A stretch of DNA of 64,000 nucleotides from Candidatus Magasanikiibacteriota bacterium (GCA_943359595.1 CALRIA010000003.1:3179-67178); one strand, 5' to 3'. Shown: positions 18,401 to 28,421, numbered from the stretch's first letter. Notes: generated from the letters alone by a model not told the origin. Program-made: numbers and translations.

Positions 18401-20855
18401 CATAAACATATTTTCCATCAGCGTAAAGACCAGCCGGATTATTTAATTTTGTCGCGTCGGTGACACTACTTATATATAAAGGAGAAGAGGGATTTGAAAC
18501 ATCAAATACATTCAAAGAACTATTTAATGTGCTTGGTACATAAACAAAATTCCCTGAACCAGCTATAGCAAAAGCAGTTCCAATAGTTGATGAAGCATAA
18601 AATCCAACTATTGCCGGACTAGTTTTTGTTTGAATATCTATTACCGACAAAGTGCCAGTTGAAGCAACTGCATACGCATAGTTTCCAGATACATAACTTC
18701 CATATATACCATCTAAAGTACTACTACTAACCGAACCTAATAAGCTAAGTGTTTTAGGATTATCTACTAATAATGTTCCATTATATAGATGTAGTTTAGC
18801 CTGTGGCGAAGAAGTGCCAATACCAACTTTGCCATCTCCCATAACAGATAAAATACTCGGCGTAGAGGTACCCACGCTAAACAGCGTACTAGTGCTTATA
18901 GTGGTAGATACCGTTACTGCGATTGCTCCGTTTGACAACAATCCACCCATACCTATATTTAATCCATTTTTAATAGATAAACTATTTCCTATATTTACAT
19001 TTTCCCAAACCGTAAGATCATTAGTCGCAATATTACCAATATTAGCACTACTAATATCAGCACCTTTAATATCTAAAACATAAAGACCAGAAGTACCATT
19101 AGCCACATAGGCATTTTTACCAACTATCTTTAAGCCATTGCCATCATTAATCGGATATGTGCCTATCAAGGACCCATTAGATAAATTAAATACATAAAAA
19201 GTAGTTGCATCAGTTACATAGGCATATCTACCAGAAACATACACTCCTTGCGCCGATCCATTAGTAGACATAGAAGATATTTCAACTGGAACAGTTGGCA
19301 CAGAAATATCATAGACGACTACTTTATTATCAAGTCCAGCCGCTAAATAAGCGTACCTACCAGAAACATACACATCACTAGAATTTGAAGTCCTGACGGT
19401 GGTAGAAGCAAGAACTGGATTAAGAGGATTATCAATATTTACAATGGACAATCCTCCACCACCAGTTTTAGCCATATAGGCATATTCACCGGAAATATAT
19501 ACTTTTACAGGGGCGACAGAAGAAAGCCGAGACGCCAAAATAGGATTTTTTGGGTTAGAAATATCGACAACTGTCAAACTAGATACATCCGCTACATAGG
19601 CATACTTACCAGAAATATAAACACTAGTTGCATTTCCTGCTGTATCATAAGAACCAACCAACACCGGCGTACTTGGAATAGATATATCAAAGATCAACAA
19701 ACCGTCAGTATTATCTGCCACATAAGCATATTTTCCAGAAACTTTTACATCCCAAGCATTACCAGCAGTATTATAATAACCAATTAATGCCGGGTTCGAA
19801 GGGGCGGAAATTTCAAAAATTTCTAAACCACTAGTATCATCTGCCACATAAGCATATTTGCCAGAAACATCCACAGCATATACAGTCCCAGTAGTATTGT
19901 ATGAACCAAGCAAAGTTGGATGTACAGGACTATCCACCAATAATGTTCCGTCATACAGATGTAATTTCTCTTGTGGACTTGAAGTTCCTATACCAACATA
20001 ACCACCAAAGGTTGACGAGGCAAAAGTGGTGGTAGCTGTAAAAATATTCAATCCAGAAAATGTTTGATTACTGGCTAAAAAAGCCAAGGTGGAAGAATTG
20101 GAAATATCACTAACACTAATAGTGCTAGTAGCCCAAGTGCCACCAACCACTTTTACAAATCCAGTCCAACCTGAACTATTTTGTCCCGTTCCACCATACG
20201 CATTTGAAATGACCGATCCATTCCATGTGCCTGAAGTAATTGTACCAAAACTAGAATTACCAGTGACGCTGAGTAAGCCATTGATATAAATACCAGTAGA
20301 AGTAACATGATTTAAATTAAAATTACCACTATTATCGGAAACCGGAATATACGAGGAAGACTGCGGAGTAGAGCTCGCGCCTATACCATCTAAATATTTG
20401 GCATTTAATGCAAATGGACTGGCTGTAATTCTTTTACGAGGACTAAGATTTTCTCCTCCAACTGTTATTTGCAAATAAACAGTTTGATTATCTTTAAATA
20501 TTACTGGATCAATCGAATTGGTGCCAGTATCCCCTAAATCAATTGTAAAAAAACCGTCGTTGACAGTAGTGCTTACGGTCGATGGTGAGCTGGTAGAACC
20601 AGCGGCAGAATATAATGCATTGCCGCTACTAACTGCATCATACAAAACATATTTTATCGCCTGCGTAGTAGTAACTGCCGCACCACCATTTAATAATTTT
20701 CCTTGATAAGTAATAACACTTGGAGAACTGGCTGCTTTAGCAAAATTTAAGTATCCAAAAATTGTCATTAAAAATGCAGAAAATAAAACTAATCCAAAAT
20801 ATAAAAAAATATTGGATTTTTTTTCCTTAAATTGATTCTCTACAGAAACATCCAT
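15429..20855 (-). CDS. Giant secreted LVIVD-repeat (beta-propeller) surface protein, 1808 aa
   Basis: N-terminal signal/TM. Many repeats of 'GKYAYVAD..GL.I.DIS.P..P' (LVIVD-type) in two blocks. Ser/Thr-rich C-terminal tail. Confidence 0.85.
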   Translation of the reverse strand: MDVSVENQFKEKKSNIFLYFGLVLFSAFLMTIFGYLNFAKAASSPSVITYQGKLLNGGAAVTTTQAIKYVLYDAVSSGNALYSAAGSTSSPSTVSTTVNDGFFTIDLGDTGTNSIDPVIFKDNQTVYLQITVGGENLSPRKRITASPFALNAKYLDGIGASSTPQSSSYIPVSDNSGNFNLNHVTSTGIYINGLLSVTGNSSFGTITSGTWNGSVISNAYGGTGQNSSGWTGFVKVVGGTWATSTISVSDISNSSTLAFLASNQTFSGLNIFTATTTFASSTFGGYVGIGTSSPQEKLHLYDGTLLVDSPVHPTLLGSYNTTGTVYAVDVSGKYAYVADDTSGLEIFEISAPSNPALIGYYNTAGNAWDVKVSGKYAYVADNTDGLLIFDISIPSTPVLVGSYDTAGNATSVYISGKYAYVADVSSLTVVDISNPKNPILASRLSSVAPVKVYISGEYAYMAKTGGGGLSIVNIDNPLNPVLASTTVRTSNSSDVYVSGRYAYLAAGLDNKVVVYDISVPTVPVEISSMSTNGSAQGVYVSGRYAYVTDATTFYVFNLSNGSLIGTYPINDGNGLKIVGKNAYVANGTSGLYVLDIKGADISSANIGNIATNDLTVWENVNIGNSLSIKNGLNIGMGGLLSNGAIAVTVSTTISTSTLFSVGTSTPSILSVMGDGKVGIGTSSPQAKLHLYNGTLLVDNPKTLSLLGSVSSSTLDGIYGSYVSGNYAYAVASTGTLSVIDIQTKTSPAIVGFYASSTIGTAFAIAGSGNFVYVPSTLNSSLNVFDVSNPSSPLYISSVTDATKLNNPAGLYADGKYVYVVCYTGGGLTIIDVKNPAVPIITGRVTSTIKLNSTEGVYVAGKYAYVIDNTSLSVFGTLTIVDVSNVRSPNIIGFVSSTSLRGGGDSEKVYVSGRYAYVTGNLDNVLSIIDVSNPTAPTIVGSLADNSYGFSSGVFVSGKYAYVGTVNNLLVVDISNKAAPVLVGVYAHGSATVGAHGYAFAGKYAYVSGNTNDSFGILDLEGAEISTADIGNLSTNALTVWENSDIGNSLFVRNSLSVGAGGIISNGPISIFVSSTASPLFTIATSTNSSVFSISSSGNVEINTSSFGGGNTFSYKLLIDAGSTSNGAIGVNGFIRATSYVSGTTTLDLAETYPVNMLCTANGTCPTDGDVVCTDPTVIAGVKKCLASESSHIVGIVSANPGFLLGGGDLFNPNQNLGVVKVALAGRVPTKVSSINGEINSGDKLTLSNIDGVAAKAVGEVPIVGIAMENFSGSGEGSIVAFVSLGWQNQLYQSLTVNTDSSTLSVGSDVTPYNLALSGEFTMFNSVLNKLVFNATALFESKTNDTHAFIFNAINFDTSTDKYLLSLRSNNDPRFSVMANGDVRASGNIYAASAVFGTSSNPGDLAERVDIAADDIVEPGDVLVVDKENPDTYRRSGSSNQQTVAGVVSTNPTIVVGNGKTEYTAILAMVGRVPLKVSGENGAINRGDLLVTASSSGYAMKYDPKKDNNDNMVGVVGVALDSFVGDKGKIMALVRTGWVNSRYETISSIKDNIQQLATAQGIVLGATSTVNLNVENNNGQLIYSGGDLNLQGNMLLNVAAISSKNNHWSIDESGHFITRLNTSQGEKEMFAIQSPTSEFVFSSSSQLIAGEAKVAFDQTMQDMVDSNQPLKINVTLTSGEAKGIYVAEKNSQGFIVKELDGGKSDATFDWIVVAKRKDETTSLNIIEIATSTGNNQITNNQVSTSTNDTVTSSIISNPFSSADNSPQSLASTSSPNTETTLSPLPISSSETISPVVVPVETVAASTISQ

Positions 20856-20923
20856 AAAAAAATTCTACCACTATTATACTACTTTTTCATTATTTTTAGA
20901 ATAAAAATGTGCATAACTAACTA

Positions 20924-23827
20924 TCATTTTTTCTTTAAATTTACATCTTTAGCGATCGTCTCCGCTTCTTTACCTTTAAGATCAATAATTTCAGTTTTTA
21001 GCGATTCATAACCATCACGATCATAAGCTACATAGTATTGGTTATCTCCAGCCATAAAATAATATTTTCCATCTGGTCCAGTGATTTCAGTAGCAACTAA
21101 TTTGTTAAATTTAGAATCAAATAAACGTGCAACTACTCTAGATAATGGTTTTTTTGTTTGATCATCATAGATGATACCCCAACCCTTGGCTACTGGTGGC
21201 TTTGCTAAACGTTTAAAAGCAAATGTCATAGACAAATGTATCCCAAGTAACACCCACATATACCAAACAGGGGAAATATAAAGCGACCCAAGAGTAATCA
21301 AAAGTCCTATCCAAGAAACAGCGCCCTGTACTCTTCGCATCATTTTATTCACTATCAATCGCAATGGGGTTTTCAATTTTTGACCCGCCGGATCAAGTGG
21401 AATATTTGCAGTAATTATCGAACCTTTAGCAGACACTCTTATCTCTTCACCGTGATATATATCTATGCGTTGTCCATCCGTTTGAAAGCCTTTTAATAAA
21501 GAGGTAGGAAATATGAACGTCCCTTTTTTAACTTCCAAACGATAGCGTCCAGCATTAGTTGAGAAAAAATACCGACCATCAGAACTAGTTACTTTGGTTT
21601 GAACCAATTTTCCAGTATCTAAATTAAATAGACGAACCAAAGCCAAATCTACCGGTAATTTACTCAAAGAGTTATAAACTGTACCCCATTTTTCACGCTT
21701 GCCACGTCCCAATAATAATAATGGTTGCAAAAACAAAAAGCGTAATAATGGCAAAATATCCGCCCACGATACCAAAGCGACCGTACCAACCGCCGCTACA
21801 CCTACTGCAGTTGGTGCTACCACTGTATTAGCTATTTGTTTTACAACCGGATCAGCAGCTATTTCCTGAACTACTACTATTGCATTTTCCAATTGTTTAG
21901 TAGCAATAGCTGTTACAGCAGCGGTCTTTTCAGCAATATTTTTAGCTACATTAATAGCATTTTTAGCAATTGAAGCATTTGGATCAATGACATCTTGAAT
22001 TTTTGGTGGAATAGCAACTAAACTAATTGAAGTATTAACAATGTTATTATCTGTTGTAAAAAATTGACCACTATATTCATAAAATTTATCTTTTTTAGCA
22101 GTTATATAAAACCGACCATTTGGAACCATCCAACCAACCAAGCTATTACCACTGGTTATCTGCGGATTTTTTTGACCATAAATTTGAGCTGGGAAAATAT
22201 CTCCATTTTCTTTATGTAAAGTAACTTCCACTCCAACTAAACTTTTATTTTGTCCATCAGTTATCTGCCCTAAGTCAATTGCTTGTAAATCAACACCCAG
22301 AGAATCAAATTGATCTGCTCCATAATTTATTTCTATATAAGCCTGACTTTTACCACTTTGGGGAAATAGAATATCCGCATAATAAGTATTATTAGAGTTA
22401 TCTAAACTAAATTGATGTTGGTCAGTATCGCCAACTCGTAAAATTAAACTTTTAGGTTCGCCAATCAGCGAGGTCTTTTTTATTCCCACACTCAAATTAC
22501 TACCCGCCAAACCTGAAATTGTTTTATTTTTAATAGATAATTCAATTTGATGACTACCGGCAAAAAACTTTAATTTATCTAATGATAATTTTTCAAATTC
22601 TGGTACCGTTGCTACTGGTGAATTATATTCATCGTTATCCTGCAAACTAACACATCCTGGATCAACCGGAAAATCTACCAAACCATCATTATCATTATCT
22701 TTTCCATCGTTACAGACTGGGATACTCCCACCGACCAAAATTGGAGCTATTACTACGGGGGTTGGAGGTTCGTTTGGTGGATTAACAACTATCGCAGAAT
22801 CAATTTTCCCCTGAACAAAATTACCAGAACTAAAATTATTTGATGTATCGTAAGAAAATACTGTATAAAAATAGTTAAAACCAGCTAGCACCAAATTATC
22901 ATTTGTAGTTTCACCGTTTCCACTATATACCACAGTTGCTCCATTGTCATTTGGACCAGAAGCATGGATACCAATCTTTCTCAAAATCTTAACCCCTACA
23001 AAATCTGGAGCAAAAAATGATGATGGATTTTTCCAAGTTAAAGTAAATGAATTTTGTACTATAGAAATTTGCAGATTGGAAACATCTGGTGGCGATGTAG
23101 TATCCGCTAAAGTTTTAAAATTTAAGATAGTAGTACTAGTACTATTCAAATTAACATCAGTAGCAATAATTTGATAATAATGAGTTTTATTTGGCGATAA
23201 ACCGAGCAGCGTAACTACATGACTAATTGCTGGGGTCTGTCCTTCGGAAGCATTACTTCCCAAAGACATTGTTTCTCCATAATTTATTTGGACAGTAGTA
23301 TTTTTATCAGTATCAAAAGTCACTATCGCTGAATTAACCCCAGGGGTCACGATTACATTAGAAATCACTGGATTTAAGGTCGGTGAAATATAAACCGCTG
23401 TCTTAAAACTACCAGTAAAATTAGAACTATTATTACTAGTATCAACCACTGTAATTTTGAAAAAATAGACTGTATTCGTGGTTAATCCAGATAAACTCAC
23501 CACATAACTACCGCCAGGTGCGGCTGTCAAACCATAAGCTAAAGTAGTACCATAATCAAAAGTTACGGATGATATTCCTTTATTATCACTAGCGTTCCAG
23601 GTGACTGATGCGGTGGTAAAGGTTGTGCTAGAGGCAACGCTGGAAATGGTTGGCGGGGTGGTGTCGGATACAATAGGTGGCGTAGAACCACTACCACCGC
23701 TACCTGGTATAACCAACTGCACATTAATATTTTTATTTTCTGTCGCCGCTTTTGCTGAATAAAAAAACAATCCATTTAAAAATAAAACAGCCAACAGAAA
23801 AAATATTTTTTTATTCCACCACTTCAT
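20924..23827 (-). CDS. Large secreted protein with fibronectin-III-like domains, a TM segment and CarboxypepD_reg-like C-terminal repeats
   Basis: Signal peptide, 'TPPTISS...SVTWNASDN' FN3-like repeats, internal hydrophobic helices, 'SSDGRYFF' / 'GPDGKYYF' beta-sandwich motifs. Confidence 0.8.
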   Translation of the reverse strand: MKWWNKKIFFLLAVLFLNGLFFYSAKAATENKNINVQLVIPGSGGSGSTPPIVSDTTPPTISSVASSTTFTTASVTWNASDNKGISSVTFDYGTTLAYGLTAAPGGSYVVSLSGLTTNTVYFFKITVVDTSNNSSNFTGSFKTAVYISPTLNPVISNVIVTPGVNSAIVTFDTDKNTTVQINYGETMSLGSNASEGQTPAISHVVTLLGLSPNKTHYYQIIATDVNLNSTSTTILNFKTLADTTSPPDVSNLQISIVQNSFTLTWKNPSSFFAPDFVGVKILRKIGIHASGPNDNGATVVYSGNGETTNDNLVLAGFNYFYTVFSYDTSNNFSSGNFVQGKIDSAIVVNPPNEPPTPVVIAPILVGGSIPVCNDGKDNDNDGLVDFPVDPGCVSLQDNDEYNSPVATVPEFEKLSLDKLKFFAGSHQIELSIKNKTISGLAGSNLSVGIKKTSLIGEPKSLILRVGDTDQHQFSLDNSNNTYYADILFPQSGKSQAYIEINYGADQFDSLGVDLQAIDLGQITDGQNKSLVGVEVTLHKENGDIFPAQIYGQKNPQITSGNSLVGWMVPNGRFYITAKKDKFYEYSGQFFTTDNNIVNTSISLVAIPPKIQDVIDPNASIAKNAINVAKNIAEKTAAVTAIATKQLENAIVVVQEIAADPVVKQIANTVVAPTAVGVAAVGTVALVSWADILPLLRFLFLQPLLLLGRGKREKWGTVYNSLSKLPVDLALVRLFNLDTGKLVQTKVTSSDGRYFFSTNAGRYRLEVKKGTFIFPTSLLKGFQTDGQRIDIYHGEEIRVSAKGSIITANIPLDPAGQKLKTPLRLIVNKMMRRVQGAVSWIGLLITLGSLYISPVWYMWVLLGIHLSMTFAFKRLAKPPVAKGWGIIYDDQTKKPLSRVVARLFDSKFNKLVATEITGPDGKYYFMAGDNQYYVAYDRDGYESLKTEIIDLKGKEAETIAKDVNLKKK

Positions 23828-24686
23828 GTTTATTTTTTTTATATATAAAAAATAATAAAATTAAAACTATGACCACACCAACCAAACACAGAAACCAAAC
23901 TGGCCAATACCAAAAATTTATACTACCAATTATCTGTTGATTCGTTAGCCCATAATTAATAACAATTATAGATCGATACCGCCCTGGCCAAATTAATTTA
24001 CTAATAGTATCTGGATGAATTTCAGCGCTACGATTTGATTGAGCAAATAATTTATTTCCTAAGTTAATGGGGCTTGAATCAATAATTTTATCTCTAAAAT
24101 CATAAGTTTGCACATTAGCCTTCAATGATAGATCAATATTACCAATATTTTTTACTTGCAAAAAATAGACTAAATTTTTATTAAAAAAATATTTTTTAAC
24201 CGGATAAAATTGATCCAAGGCCAAAGCTTCGTTAGCTATACCAGCAACTTGTAAAACTACAATTGTCATTAATCGTCCCCCGATATTTTGATTATTATTT
24301 TCCTGTGCGCCAAGCCCCAAATAATGGGCTCCCGGAGGAGTATTTTTGGGGATAGAAATCGTAAAGACAAAATCTTTATTTTCGTTACTTTTTAAAATTG
24401 TTTTTTCATTTTTAAATTTTACCCAATTTTCAGCCACATCACTATTTGATTTAAAAATCGGTCTACCCTGATTATCTTGTTGCACTCCTACAATTACCGC
24501 TTGATACTCTTTATCTGTATTTGAATCATTTTTTACAGTTACCATCAAATCCTGACTATCACCAATATCTAAACTAATAGTATATTTTAAAGGACTAATT
24601 GAAAAAGCACTGACCGAAGTAACTGACAAAAAAGACAGCACAACCAATACACTTACTAAAATTTTATTCTTTATCAACATAATCAA
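23811..24686 (-). CDS. Cell-surface protein, DUF916/DUF3324-like, with C-terminal TM anchor
   Basis: Signal peptide, beta-rich body, C-terminal hydrophobic helix followed by a 'KKNKHEVVE' tail. Confidence 0.5.
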   Translation of the reverse strand: MIMLIKNKILVSVLVVLSFLSVTSVSAFSISPLKYTISLDIGDSQDLMVTVKNDSNTDKEYQAVIVGVQQDNQGRPIFKSNSDVAENWVKFKNEKTILKSNENKDFVFTISIPKNTPPGAHYLGLGAQENNNQNIGGRLMTIVVLQVAGIANEALALDQFYPVKKYFFNKNLVYFLQVKNIGNIDLSLKANVQTYDFRDKIIDSSPINLGNKLFAQSNRSAEIHPDTISKLIWPGRYRSIIVINYGLTNQQIIGSINFWYWPVWFLCLVGVVIVLILLFFIYKKNKHEVVE

Positions 24687-25321
24687 ATATTAGCCGCTGC
24701 CGTTAAAGTAATATTTTGGGATAATGAAGCGGCTGCAGCTCCTGATGATCTTACAGCTTTAAAAGTTAAGGTAGTAGTGTCAAAAGAAGCTGGAACTGAA
24801 ACTGAAGACATTACTAACCCATTAATTATCGCAGTATCGTTGGAATAGGCTATGTGAGATCCACTTACTGCTAAACCATATTCTGACATATTTCCAGCAC
24901 CATCCACTATTCCGTCCGTCACGGCCGTCAATGAACTGCCACTAACTCCAGAAACTGATAAAGTATAACCAGTGACAGAATTGGTATCTACGACCGCAAC
25001 AATATTACTGCTAGCTACCACACCAGCTGAAGATAAAGTTCCAAAATCAATATTACTTCCATCAAGAGTTAGACTTAAGCGACCAATCTCAGCTGCCTGA
25101 TAGCCAGCTCGAACCTGATAACTAGTGCTGGTGCTAATTCCAACCGAATAACCACCCAATGAATCCTGCAAATTATAGCTCGTACTCGTGCCAACCCCAC
25201 CACCAAAATCTATACTATCGGCATATATATAATAATTGGTAGAAGACATCGCCGCTAGAACTACGCTAGGTACAACTAAGGCCATAATGATTAGCAAGAT
25301 AACAAATCTATTACTTTGCAT
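24683..25321 (-). CDS. Hypothetical secreted Ser/Thr/Gly-rich protein
   Basis: Signal peptide, low-complexity S/T/G-rich 212 aa. Translationally coupled with its neighbours. Confidence 0.55.
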   Translation of the reverse strand: MQSNRFVILLIIMALVVPSVVLAAMSSTNYYIYADSIDFGGGVGTSTSYNLQDSLGGYSVGISTSTSYQVRAGYQAAEIGRLSLTLDGSNIDFGTLSSAGVVASSNIVAVVDTNSVTGYTLSVSGVSGSSLTAVTDGIVDGAGNMSEYGLAVSGSHIAYSNDTAIINGLVMSSVSVPASFDTTTLTFKAVRSSGAAAASLSQNITLTAAANI

Positions 25322-25323
25322 AA

Positions 25324-27606
25324 TTATTTTTTAACTTGGATTTCCCCAACCATTTTCTTTATTTTATCAATAATATTTTTATTATTAGGGTTCAGATCTT
25401 TTACTTTATAATAATATTGTAAAGCAGTACTTTTATCACCCCTAGTTTCATATAACAAACCAAGACTATAAAGCGCATTGGAATAATTTGGCTGGATACT
25501 AACAACTTTACTCCAAATTTTTTCAGCTAAATCTCGATCACCAGTTCTATTGCGATTATATAATAAGCGGCCATAATTATATAAAGTTTCTGGATCAGAC
25601 TGATTTTGGCTAACTATTTTATCATAAACCTCAATCGCTTTATCATTTTTTTGAGTTTGTTCATAGGCGTTAGATAGCCCAATATATGCACCAAAATAAT
25701 TATTCTTTAATTCAATTGCCTTTTCGTAATTTTTAATAGCATCATCCCACTTACCCATAGTCCCATAATTATTTCCCAAACGCCACCAATGTGTTGGGTT
25801 GGTTGGTTCTAAATCTCTAGCTTGTTGCAGAGATTTTAATGCCCACTCCCGCGCTTCTGGCACCAAAGCAGAAGCATTTTCATACATGGTGGCCAAATTT
25901 TCCCATAGAATTACCGACTTAGGGGACAAATCGGTTGCATATTTGGCCTCATTTACGGCCTTAGCCATAATAGAGCTAATAGCTTGTACATCTGGAGAAG
26001 ACTGCTTACTAATATCTACCGCCTGATTCAAATAAATTTGCGCCAAAGCAGAATGATAAACATCGGAGTTCGGCCTTTTAATCAAAGCATCATTAATAAA
26101 AATTTCTGCCGTCTTGCTATTACCACTTAAAATAGCTTTAGCATAAGCTACCTCACCCAGATATAATCTAGCACCCCAAACAGTAATCATTACCAACCCA
26201 GTCATAACTACGATTAAACCAAAGGAAAAAGATAAGCTATATTGAGGAGTATCTTCGAGTGTCCATTCTTTTTCATGAGTAAAATGTCGATTATAAAATG
26301 AAAAACCAACGACTAATAAAGCTAACATAAACCACCAAGTCAACCACAATACTTGACTATAAAAAACTAAACACAAACCAATAGTTAAAACTACAAAAGC
26401 AATGGTAACTAAAAATGATTCAAATAAAATACTGTCTTTTTTAAAATTCTGTTCCGATGAAGCGGCAAAACGAATTTTGTTCCAAACTTCAAAAACGTGA
26501 CCAAGCGTTAAAAGTATCAAAAATATGAAAGCACAAATAAACAAAATTCCGCCTTCAGACAAGATACTAAGTATACTATTAAAAGGTTGATTAAAACGCA
26601 GCGACCAAGCAACTGGGTCAGAATTAAAAGAAATACTCCTAAATTGAGAAAAATCTACACCAAAAGTCCCCAAACCGCTACCCACAAAAAAATCTTTAAT
26701 ACTAGAAAAAATAGTGGCATAAGCAACCGACCAAGAAGGACTAAAACCAAGAGCCACTTCAGTTGGTACTGGCATCTGAATAAAATTTGGCGTACCAAAA
26801 ACTATAAATATAATAGTAAACACCAATAGAGCAAATAATGCTGACATCCATCCCAAATGAACTTCTCGAATAAAGCTAATACCAAACATCAATAATAAAA
26901 TGAGCGCGATTAGCAATATTATCCATAATATTTTAAAACTCAACATCACTAATACCCCTAAAGACAAAATACCAATTACAAATGACCAAATAATTCGGCC
27001 AAAATTTAAATTCTTTTTTATTAACTGGCCAAAAGATAAAACCAATAAACCCACTGCCCAAACACCAAAAACACTATTGATAGAATCTACAGTATTCCAA
27101 GATGGCCCAATTAATTTTATTAAGATTTTTATTTTAAATACAATCATTAATATAAACACTACTAACGAAACTAACCCTACCGCCAATAGCGCGTCCAAAA
27201 TACCACGCCATAGTTTCTCTGTTTTTATAAAATTGGCTACAATATAATAAAAACCAAAAAATAAAACTAATAAAACAAAATTTAAAGTAAAGTATTCCGC
27301 TCGGCCAAAAAAACTATCATAAACGTTGGCCGAAAATATTGCCGATAATAATCCAACTGCTCCCATGGTTAATATCGGAACATCAATCATGGTTTTGGTA
27401 AATTGGATTTTTTTAGTAAAAATAAATTTTGAAATCCACAGCAATATATTTAAAAGTACTAAACCACCAAACACATACTGTTTTGGTATGATATAAAAAT
27501 TATTAAGATTTTTGTCTAAAAATAAGGGGACTAGTACTATATTTAAAATCAAAAATATATATGAAAATATATCTATTATTTTACTAATACGCGATTGACT
27601 AATCAT
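25324..27606 (-). CDS. Wzy_C/O-antigen-ligase-like polytopic membrane protein with C-terminal TPR repeats (possible O-oligosaccharyltransferase)
   Basis: About 12 TM helices in the N-terminal 480 aa. The C-terminal 270 aa hold several TPR-like repeats ('WWRLGNNYGTMGKWDDAIKNYEKAIEL', and others). Confidence 0.55.
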   Translation of the reverse strand: MISQSRISKIIDIFSYIFLILNIVLVPLFLDKNLNNFYIIPKQYVFGGLVLLNILLWISKFIFTKKIQFTKTMIDVPILTMGAVGLLSAIFSANVYDSFFGRAEYFTLNFVLLVLFFGFYYIVANFIKTEKLWRGILDALLAVGLVSLVVFILMIVFKIKILIKLIGPSWNTVDSINSVFGVWAVGLLVLSFGQLIKKNLNFGRIIWSFVIGILSLGVLVMLSFKILWIILLIALILLLMFGISFIREVHLGWMSALFALLVFTIIFIVFGTPNFIQMPVPTEVALGFSPSWSVAYATIFSSIKDFFVGSGLGTFGVDFSQFRSISFNSDPVAWSLRFNQPFNSILSILSEGGILFICAFIFLILLTLGHVFEVWNKIRFAASSEQNFKKDSILFESFLVTIAFVVLTIGLCLVFYSQVLWLTWWFMLALLVVGFSFYNRHFTHEKEWTLEDTPQYSLSFSFGLIVVMTGLVMITVWGARLYLGEVAYAKAILSGNSKTAEIFINDALIKRPNSDVYHSALAQIYLNQAVDISKQSSPDVQAISSIMAKAVNEAKYATDLSPKSVILWENLATMYENASALVPEAREWALKSLQQARDLEPTNPTHWWRLGNNYGTMGKWDDAIKNYEKAIELKNNYFGAYIGLSNAYEQTQKNDKAIEVYDKIVSQNQSDPETLYNYGRLLYNRNRTGDRDLAEKIWSKVVSIQPNYSNALYSLGLLYETRGDKSTALQYYYKVKDLNPNNKNIIDKIKKMVGEIQVKK

Positions 27607-27791
27607 AAAAAATCATACTTTAAAAAAATATTTTTACCATCGATATTATACCACAAAAAGTTATTCACAACAATTAGAAAACTTTACTTTTTTTTAAACT
27701 TTTTTTAAAAAAAATTATGTTAATTTACTAAATTTTAAAACTTTCTTATAATAAGCATTGCCAATTTAATAGCAATACAAAAAATTAATTC

Positions 27792-27825
27792 AAAATCAAA
27801 TGTTTCACAGGAAACATTTGATTTT
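27792..27825. repeat. Palindrome copy 1: 15-bp stem with 4-nt loop, core AATGTTTC-N4-GAAACATT
   Basis: aaaatcaaatgtttc-acag-gaaacatttgatttt, read directly. Confidence 0.7.
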
Positions 27826-28090
27826 CTTAATCAGGAATTATAAATAATAAAAAAATCAACTTTTTAACAGATGACTATAATTAACAAACAGAATAACTTG
27901 CATAAAATTTAACTAACTATTAATTTTATTACTAAGTTTGCCAATTTTGTCACTTTGCAGATCAAAAATTTTATAGATAGCTGCTCTAATCAACGTTTTT
28001 ATACTTTCCTCCAATATCCAAATATTAAGAATACGCCTACATATATGTATAAATAAGTACACATACACGTCTTTAATAAATTTCTCTTAA

Positions 28091-28110
28091 AATGTTTCCT
28101 GTGAAACATT
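28091..28110. repeat. Palindrome copy 2: aatgtttc-ctgt-gaaacatt
   Basis: 8-bp arms, read directly. The loop is the reverse complement of the loop in copies 1 and 3. Confidence 0.7.
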
Positions 28111-28157
28111 CCACTGCTATTACCATTAATATCATTAAAATAAGATTAAATGGCTAG

Positions 28158-28183
28158 TAAAATGTTTCACAGGAAACATTTTA
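28158..28183. repeat. Palindrome copy 3: taaaatgtttc-acag-gaaacatttta
   Basis: 11-bp arms, read directly. Confidence 0.7.
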
Positions 28184-28349
28184 AAGAAAATACTAATATT
28201 AGCCATTTATAAATAAATTTGTATAGACTAGTGTATACAAATATCCACTTTTATATTAACTTATACCCAAAGTTATCCACATTATAATAAACAAAAAATA
28301 GGCCTTTAACCTATTTTTACCACAGCAATGCTAATATTGTGTTTTCTAG

Positions 28350-28421
28350 TGCCCCCAGCATGAATCGAACACACATTTTGCCCTTAGGACGGGCCTGTTC
28401 TATCCATTGAACTATAGGGGC
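28350..28421 (-). tRNA. tRNA-Arg (anticodon CCU); anticodon-stem assignment tentative
   Basis: Reverse complement 'GCCCCTA TA GTTC AATGGATA GAAC ... GTGTG TTCGATT CATGC TGGGGGC A'. The anticodon loop GTCCTAA contains CCT. One mismatch in the anticodon stem. Confidence 0.6.

Noticed and set aside
16179-20706. Several plus-strand ORFs of 60-137 aa (16179..16592, 17596..17874, 18814..19083, 20089..20289 and others) lie inside the 1808-aa LVIVD gene.
   Set aside because: They are antisense to a long, repeat-rich ORF that is clearly coding. They have low-complexity translations and no ribosome-binding sites. They are shadow ORFs.
27792-28183. CRISPR array.
   Set aside because: The three repeats are palindromic, of unequal length and irregularly spaced (296 and 66 bp apart), and no cas genes are present. 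This is not a CRISPR.
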